From: Phoronis australis | Taxonomy: Eukaryota; Animalia; Phoronida | DNA: 64,000 bases | Assembly (NCBI GenBank): GCA_002633005.1 | Contig: NMRA01000088.1 | Span: forward strand, 870,864-934,863 | Direction of reading: 5' to 3' | Part shown: positions 60,501-64,000 of the stretch, one piece after another | How positions within the stretch are numbered: position 1 is the first letter of the stretch | Layout: each line of letters opens with the position of its first letter | Program-made: the position numbers and the translations under genes | The notes under the pieces: model-generated | The model's database searches: none | What the model saw: the letters and a program-made list of their open reading frames with translations, nothing else | What the model was told of the DNA's origin: nothing

Positions 60501-63118
60501 ACAATTTTTTAAAATATTTGCCTGACGGTAGCTATGATACACAACTTAAACATGGCAAAGCATCAATTTGATGAGCATATCTTATAAGAAAAAATAAAAA
60601 TTTCACTTGTCCACCGCACTATGTGCCAAACTGGTGAGATGTTACTGTAGGTCTAACTACTTACTAGTTTCCAAAGAAAAAACGTGTCATATTTTCATTC
60701 AACTATAATAGTAAATACTTTTCCAAACAATGAACAGATACATCACAGAACTACTACATCAAGAAATCCCCACTTACTGTACAGTTAGCAGTTCCTTAAA
60801 TGGAGCACAACTTTATTCCATTGTCAGCTCTTCATCTATTCTTAACAGACTAAGCAATAATCGTTTGGTCGATGTAGAAACACAGACGTTTGGTACTGTC
60901 AACACGAATGCACCTTGACCACTTTCAGGTGAAAAACATACCTGAGAGCCTAGAGGCAAAGGCTTGAGTACGCCTATTCTGACCACTCCCCGTGGCGCTC
61001 CCTTGAGCGCTTGCACGGCTTGCTCCAGCGACTCATTCTCGAGATCCATGTCGTTGACAAATATAAGGCGGTCGCCAGGTACTAGGCGACCATCGACTTG
61101 TGCGACGCCACCTGGTACCAGACTCCGGATAACGATGATAACGTCAGCGGGATTCATTGGGTCCTGCGGAGGGGAAAAATATTGAATTTAATGAGGTCTT
61201 CAATACCAGCAAAGCAATAATTCAAACATTAAACTTAAAAACCGGACATGCTTCAGTGCAAGTATGCCTTTTACCCCTTCAACAAATTACACAGTAATTT
61301 GCAAACAAACGCCTTTCCCAACAAATCATCATGAGACACTTCAACACGTTTGGTTCTAATGGCTACCAATGTCCAACACTTCAATAGCTGTTCTAAAATA
61401 TGAATATTAAATTTTAAACCAGCGTGGAAATACACATCACAAATATTTTTAAGTGGGATCTGCACGCCACCTGTTGGTCACATCGAGTTCATTAGGTTAT
61501 GTAATGTGGCCAACAGGTGGCGTGCAAACTGGATTTAAAATTGTTTGTGAGCTGTTCTAAAAAAGATGTCTCCACAGAAAGGTCTTCTTTGCATTATCCG
61601 CACAGAACCAGAACAAAAGCTGATTAGGGTCCTCTGTGACTATCCGAGCAGTACTGTTATTTAACTAGTGCCACCTAGTGAAGGGTCTTCATGGTAAAGT
61701 CTTAGTCACTGTAGCAAATAGCATAGAATACCTGGTAATCTAGGATGCTGAAGCCAAGCCCTTTGTCTCCCTTCACTAACTCAATAACAAATGGCTCATC
61801 GCTCCATTTTGCCAGGTCAGTCAGTGGTTCCAGAGAGCGGGACTTCATCTTGTCAAGCTCCACTCCAGGAGGGGGTGGGCCCATCGACAACGATTGCTCT
61901 GATTTGGCTTTGACGAGACGGTCGACAACGCTGTATGGGGGGGCTTCCGTGGTGGGTGTTGGCCGCTGGAAAAACTGTTCGCGCTCGTGTGCAAAGGCGA
62001 ACTCGGGGTTGGCGTGTGTGCGGCGCCGTGCCACGATGAGCCGCACGTGCTGAGGCAGCTCCTTCAATATCTTCACTACCTCAGTGTGGTTCAAGCCGAG
62101 CAACTTCTGACCATTAACCTGAGATTGTGGCACACAATTACATCTCAAATGCAATCGAATAATATTGGGACTCTTCAGGTTTATTTAAGGGCCTTATTTT
62201 TGATTTCTTAAGCATCCAGAGCTCTCAAACAGAAAGACTAGTAACTCACAGTACAGTTAGCAAATACGAAGCCATTAAGCCAGGCGCAATATTTTGAGTA
62301 CATATACTATGCAAAACGCAGGATAAACGCAAGATAGGCTAGAGAAACAATCGAGTTACGGGCTTATTAGCATTAAGACAAGCTAAATATTACATAGCCA
62401 GTGATACCGATTCTCATCAAGTTTACGCCTTATAAAGAAGTTATCACAGTCTGAGAGTTGCATCATTACGAATTTAGTGTTTCTAACACACTTTTTCCTA
62501 CTCCGAAATTCGCGGGACAGAAATGCTACGATATTTACGATATTGTCCGAAATTCATGAACCCTTGAAAAACAGTTTTGGACCCTGTAAGCATTTCGCAG
62601 ACCATGGAAGATTCATTTTGGAAATATTTATTCTTGTCCTAAAATAGCAGACCAAACGAAAATGGTGCAACTAACCGTAATTTTGTTTACAGAACAAAAC
62701 TGACAATATCTCTGCAACATCAGGACAAAGTAGATTTTCAGAAGATTTCACGTGTACATTCAAGCACACCAGTCGAAGGTACAATGATGCCCTTCATCAA
62801 ATCCCATCGATACTGACCATTTATGCATGAAATCAAGATCAATACGGCTATCGTTATAGCTCACCTCGAGCAGTTCATCACCAGACTGCAACTGTCCGTT
62901 CATACCGACGGGACCCTCGGGCAAGATGGATCGGATGAAATGATGTGGACGCACCTCTCGCCCATTCTCCACGTCTACTGTCCCCTCCAGACTGATACCC
63001 AGGCCCCCGCCCTCCCTGAACTTTGCAAGCTGGGCCACCACCACCTCAAAGTCATCACCCACCACCGGCTGCCACTCCAGCTTCTTGGCAGCCTCGATCT
63101 CGTTTGGAAGGTCACCAC
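15270..63118 (-). CDS. MPDZ: Multiple PDZ domain protein (MPDZ/MUPP1-PATJ family), 5'-partial, PDZ4-PDZ13, 27 core exons
   Basis: complement join of 62865..63118, 61732..62118, 60942..61163, 58164..59036, 56263..56379, 55392..55640, 54672..54764, 52652..52850, 46764..46968, 46175..46297, 43566..43675, 42130..42257, 40669..40773, 39086..39151, 38444..38540, 30520..30716, 29266..29360, 27879..28035, 26636..26933, 25689..25846, 24927..25238, 24491..24607, 23422..23536, 17719..17894, 17141..17255, 16514..16589, 15270..15540. All GT-AG and phase-compatible. Ten PDZ domains with MPDZ-type motifs ([67 protein letters not shown]-stop). Probably the pro-ortholog of vertebrate MPDZ and PATJ. Confidence 0.95.
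15720..15802. repeat. palindromic ~85-bp mini-element, copy 1 of 4
   Basis: Arms ATAATGTGCC..AACCAGTTT / AAACTGGTTCTCAAAA..GGCACGTTAT around loop CTCCACTGAATAACCAGCATC. Confidence 0.7.
16514..16589 (-). CDS. MPDZ: MPDZ linker exon
   Basis: [24 protein letters not shown]; gcag acceptor, gtgagt donor; bridges phase 1 to phase 2. Confidence 0.87.
17141..17255 (-). CDS. MPDZ: MPDZ exon, PDZ12 end
   Basis: [38 protein letters not shown]. Confidence 0.93.
17719..17894 (-). CDS. MPDZ: MPDZ exon, PDZ12
   Basis: ...[44 protein letters not shown]. Confidence 0.93.
18895..19535. mobile_element. non-autonomous TIR element (MITE)
   Basis: Perfect 19-bp TIR TAGTCTCGAACCCAGACTC / GAGTCTGGGTTCGAGACTA, extending through AGCATTTGAGT; flanks gtccccatat / gacccaatac resemble a decayed TSD. 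Confidence 0.75.
22248..22262 (-). CDS. MPDZ: candidate 15-nt microexon (SGGKA)
   Basis: ttttcgtgttgtag acceptor, CAG|gtaaat donor, frame-preserving phase 1-1. Confidence 0.58.
23059..23134. repeat. tandem duplication, 41-bp period
   Basis: CATGACCAGGTAGGTCATCTAATGAGCCGAGTACA twice. Confidence 0.88.
23422..23536 (-). CDS. MPDZ: MPDZ exon, PDZ11 end
   Basis: [38 protein letters not shown]; ttcag acceptor, gtgagt donor. Confidence 0.88.
24491..24607 (-). CDS. MPDZ: MPDZ exon, PDZ11
   Basis: [39 protein letters not shown]. Confidence 0.95.
24927..25238 (-). CDS. MPDZ: MPDZ exon, PDZ10/PDZ11
   Basis: [29 protein letters not shown]...[23 protein letters not shown]. Confidence 0.95.
25689..25846 (-). 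CDS. MPDZ: MPDZ exon, PDZ10 start
   Basis: ...[36 protein letters not shown]. Confidence 0.9.
26636..26933 (-). CDS. MPDZ: MPDZ exon, PDZ9
   Basis: [43 protein letters not shown]... Confidence 0.93.
27531..27738. mobile_element. small TA-flanked MITE (Tc1/mariner-like ends)
   Basis: TA|CAGGACAAGCCAAA ... TTTGACTTGTACTG|TA, plus inner IR ATTCCCCCGTCAT / ATGACAGGGGAAT. Confidence 0.55.
27879..28035 (-). CDS. MPDZ: MPDZ exon, linker/PDZ9 start
   Basis: [12 protein letters not shown]...LEEIILEK. Confidence 0.88.
28841..28877. repeat. 11-bp tandem repeat x3
   Basis: TCACTTG(T/C)CAG. Confidence 0.8.
29266..29360 (-). CDS. MPDZ: MPDZ exon, PDZ8 end
   Basis: [31 protein letters not shown](R). 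Confidence 0.92.
30520..30716 (-). CDS. MPDZ: MPDZ exon, PDZ8
   Basis: [44 protein letters not shown]...GDELLE. Confidence 0.94.
31790..31939 (+). repeat. dispersed repeat fragment, copy A (homologous to 60500-60640)
   Basis: Colinear shared blocks cacaattttt, tagctatga, aaagcatcaatttg, aaaatttcacttgtccac, gtgagat. Confidence 0.7.
32430..32827. repeat. perfect 22-bp inverted repeat pair
   Basis: TGCTGTCATTTTTCAAATGCAT (32430-32451) / ATGCATTTGAAAAATGACAGCA (32806-32827). Confidence 0.85.
33232..33458. repeat. fold-back/palindromic element
   Basis: Nested IRs AAAAATAACTTT / AAAGTTATTTTT and CCTTACTCAGATT / AATCTGAGTAAGG; related end motif at 34604, ~41378 and ~44260. Confidence 0.6.
34740..34763 (-). 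CDS. MPDZ: candidate 24-nt microexon (KKADRSLL)
   Basis: ttttcag acceptor, gtgagt donor, frame-preserving phase 1-1, upstream UGC motifs. Confidence 0.62.
35741..35827. repeat. palindromic mini-element, copy 2 (loop inverted)
   Basis: TTGAGAACCAGTTT...AAACTGGTTCTCAA; loop ATGCCCGTTAGTCCATGAAG approximates the reverse complement of the other loops. Confidence 0.7.
38444..38540 (-). CDS. MPDZ: MPDZ linker exon
   Basis: [32 protein letters not shown]; conserved EDE(F/Y)GYxW motif before PDZ8. Confidence 0.9.
39086..39151 (-). CDS. MPDZ: MPDZ small linker exon
   Basis: [22 protein letters not shown]; gtag acceptor, gtaagt donor; phase 0-0. Confidence 0.78.
40669..40773 (-). CDS. MPDZ: MPDZ exon, PDZ7 end
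   Basis: [35 protein letters not shown]; donor gttcga chosen for phase 0 (a competing gtgagc lies 19 nt downstream). Confidence 0.85.
42130..42257 (-). CDS. MPDZ: MPDZ exon, PDZ7
   Basis: [42 protein letters not shown]. Confidence 0.92.
42393..42430. repeat. 21-bp period duplication
   Basis: GGATATTCCATCAAGCA twice. Confidence 0.8.
43566..43675 (-). CDS. MPDZ: MPDZ exon, PDZ7 start
   Basis: ...[23 protein letters not shown](G). Confidence 0.92.
44856..44876 (-). CDS. MPDZ: candidate 21-nt microexon (TFPAYYR)
   Basis: cccacag acceptor, gtaagg donor, frame-preserving in a phase-2 intron. Confidence 0.62.
46175..46297 (-). CDS. MPDZ: MPDZ exon, PDZ6 end
   Basis: [16 protein letters not shown]...MQAP(R); phase 2-2. 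Confidence 0.87.
46764..46968 (-). CDS. MPDZ: MPDZ exon, PDZ6
   Basis: [44 protein letters not shown]... Confidence 0.93.
49295..49492. repeat. tandem duplication 97 bp x2
   Basis: GCAAATTACAACACAGTG...GGCCACGGCACCATAA twice with few substitutions. Confidence 0.92.
49915..49998 (-). CDS. MPDZ: candidate 84-nt alternative exon inside PDZ6
   Basis: Branch CCTAAT plus cacag acceptor, gtaacg donor, phase 1-1, stop-free ([28 protein letters not shown]), locally GC-rich. Confidence 0.55.
52446..52533. repeat. palindromic mini-element, copy 3
   Basis: TTACAGAGGGTC..TGAGAACCAGTTT CCTCCACTGAGTAACGAGTATC AAACTGGTTCTCA..GACTCCCTGTAA. Confidence 0.72.
52652..52850 (-). CDS. MPDZ: MPDZ exon, linker end/PDZ6 start
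   Basis: [10 protein letters not shown]...[14 protein letters not shown](G); tttag acceptor, gtaagg donor. Confidence 0.88.
54672..54764 (-). CDS. MPDZ: MPDZ linker exon (proline-rich)
   Basis: [31 protein letters not shown]; ccag acceptor, gtaagt donor. Confidence 0.82.
55392..55640 (-). CDS. MPDZ: MPDZ linker exon (T/V/E-rich)
   Basis: [15 protein letters not shown]...VVSSVPFR; tttcag acceptor, gtacgt donor; phase 0-0. Confidence 0.82.
55679..55745. repeat. palindromic mini-element, copy 4 (left arm eroded)
   Basis: AGTTTCTCCACTGAATAACGGGCATCAAACTGGTTCTCAAAATATGGCAC. Confidence 0.68.
56263..56379 (-). CDS. MPDZ: MPDZ linker exon
   Basis: [39 protein letters not shown]; phase 0-0. Confidence 0.8.
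58164..59036 (-). CDS. MPDZ: MPDZ large acidic linker exon (291 aa)
   Basis: Open 873-nt frame, ccacag acceptor, gtaagt donor, phase 0-0, E/D/S-rich. Confidence 0.85.
59739..59813. repeat. tandem duplication 32 bp x2
   Basis: TTTTGGTTCACGTCTTGGGGTGGGACCCCTT twice. Confidence 0.88.
60098..60232. repeat. minisatellite 46 bp x3
   Basis: TTGGTTTGTAGTGTATACACAATGTAAGACAATACAAATGATAATA variants. Confidence 0.88.
60500..60640 (+). repeat. dispersed repeat fragment, copy B
   Basis: Same colinear blocks as 31790-31939. Confidence 0.7.
60942..61163 (-). CDS. MPDZ: MPDZ exon, PDZ5
   Basis: [33 protein letters not shown]...KPLPLGSQ. Confidence 0.94.
61461..61526. repeat. 23-bp inverted repeat hairpin with CTCF-like motifs
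   Basis: TGCACGCCACCTGTTGGTCACAT (61461-61483) / ATGTGGCCAACAGGTGGCGTGCA (61504-61526); 1 mismatch, 20-nt loop. Confidence 0.8.
61732..62118 (-). CDS. MPDZ: MPDZ exon, PDZ4 end/PDZ5 start
   Basis: [22 protein letters not shown]...[11 protein letters not shown]. Confidence 0.94.
62865..63118 (-). CDS. MPDZ: MPDZ exon, PDZ4 N-part
   Basis: [34 protein letters not shown]...DELLE; ag acceptor, gtgagc donor. Confidence 0.94.
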
Positions 63119-64000
63119 CTGTTGGCAAGGATAGGAATCATCATTTGAATGTAATACAGCAACTGTTCAAACAAATTAACTAGAGTGCTTCAAACGCGAG
63201 CCACAAGAAAACATGGATTACTGCACTCCTAGATTTAAACACAGGTCAGTAAAGGCAACATGATATAAATTCATGGATTAAGAGATCATTCAATCGACAT
63301 GGATTTGCATCAAGTCAACAGACACTAGACACTGGTTATGGTCACATATACTGACTATAAGGACACTTTCCTTCATATAAAACCAATTGAAAGATAAATT
63401 TAATAAAGGAACTACAACACTTGACTAAACTCTACGTCATCTGAAAAATGTTGACATCGAAGATGGTGCAAGCACGCATCAATTGCTTCTGCTAGTGAAT
63501 GTGCGAGATGATCAGATCTCACACTGTAATTGCACTGAGTTCAAATGACTATGCATCGATTCGTTATTGGTGATTAACTAAATTTGGCATCTTCCTTCCT
63601 CTACGTCTGTTGTGGGGCAAAATTAGTCTTGGGTAAAGTTTAATACCTAATTTGCTTACCTTCAGCGGCTTTTCAGTATCAAAAACAACTCTTGAACAAA
63701 AGACTGACAACTACAGCTACGAAATTCAACTGTATTGAAGTTTACTAAATTTAACGCACAATAGGGAAGAAGTACTTTTATTTCTTGAAAAATTTCAACA
63801 AAAGAAACAGCACAAAATGTTATACTTCAATATGACCATGGTTAGTTCAATACAGTTATCGTGAAATAAACCTTAGTAATTTGTTAGTGTTTTTAACAAT
63901 TATTTAATACTTAAAATCACTTTGAAAATTACAAATTGTGGCAATTAATTTTGCGTGAAATAGGAAAAAATATCACAGTACTGCCAATAAAGAGTGCCAT

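Noticed and set aside
1-64000. Prokaryotic systems, tRNA/rRNA genes, autonomous transposons
   Set aside because: No operon-like ORF density, no recognisable tRNA or rRNA sequence, and no transposase or reverse-transcriptase ORF in the six-frame track.

Overview
AT-rich eukaryotic genomic DNA from an invertebrate animal; a non-vertebrate deuterostome such as a hemichordate is my inference only. It holds two intron-rich genes arranged tail-to-tail. (1) A complete ALG6 gene (dolichyl-P-Glc:Man9GlcNAc2-PP-Dol alpha-1,3-glucosyltransferase) on +, with 13 coding exons from 1190 to 12741 (538 aa) and a minor-spliceosome (U12) intron with non-canonical GT-AT ends at 4526-5056. (2) The 3' part of an MPDZ/PATJ-family multi-PDZ scaffold gene on -, with 27 phase-compatible exons from 63118 to 15270 (about 1770 aa, PDZ4-PDZ13); its 5' end lies beyond the window. 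The MPDZ introns contain several frame-preserving candidate microexons (15, 21, 24 nt), an 84-nt cassette that would split PDZ6, candidate poison or terminal exons, and perfect 22-bp inverted repeats placed over or around these sites. MITEs, palindromic mini-elements and minisatellites are scattered through the introns. The candidate poly(A) signals of the two genes sit 4 nt apart on opposite strands near 13870. Most short ORFs in the supplied track are intronic noise or antisense shadows of real exons. All exon calls were read manually and none is confirmed by transcript data.
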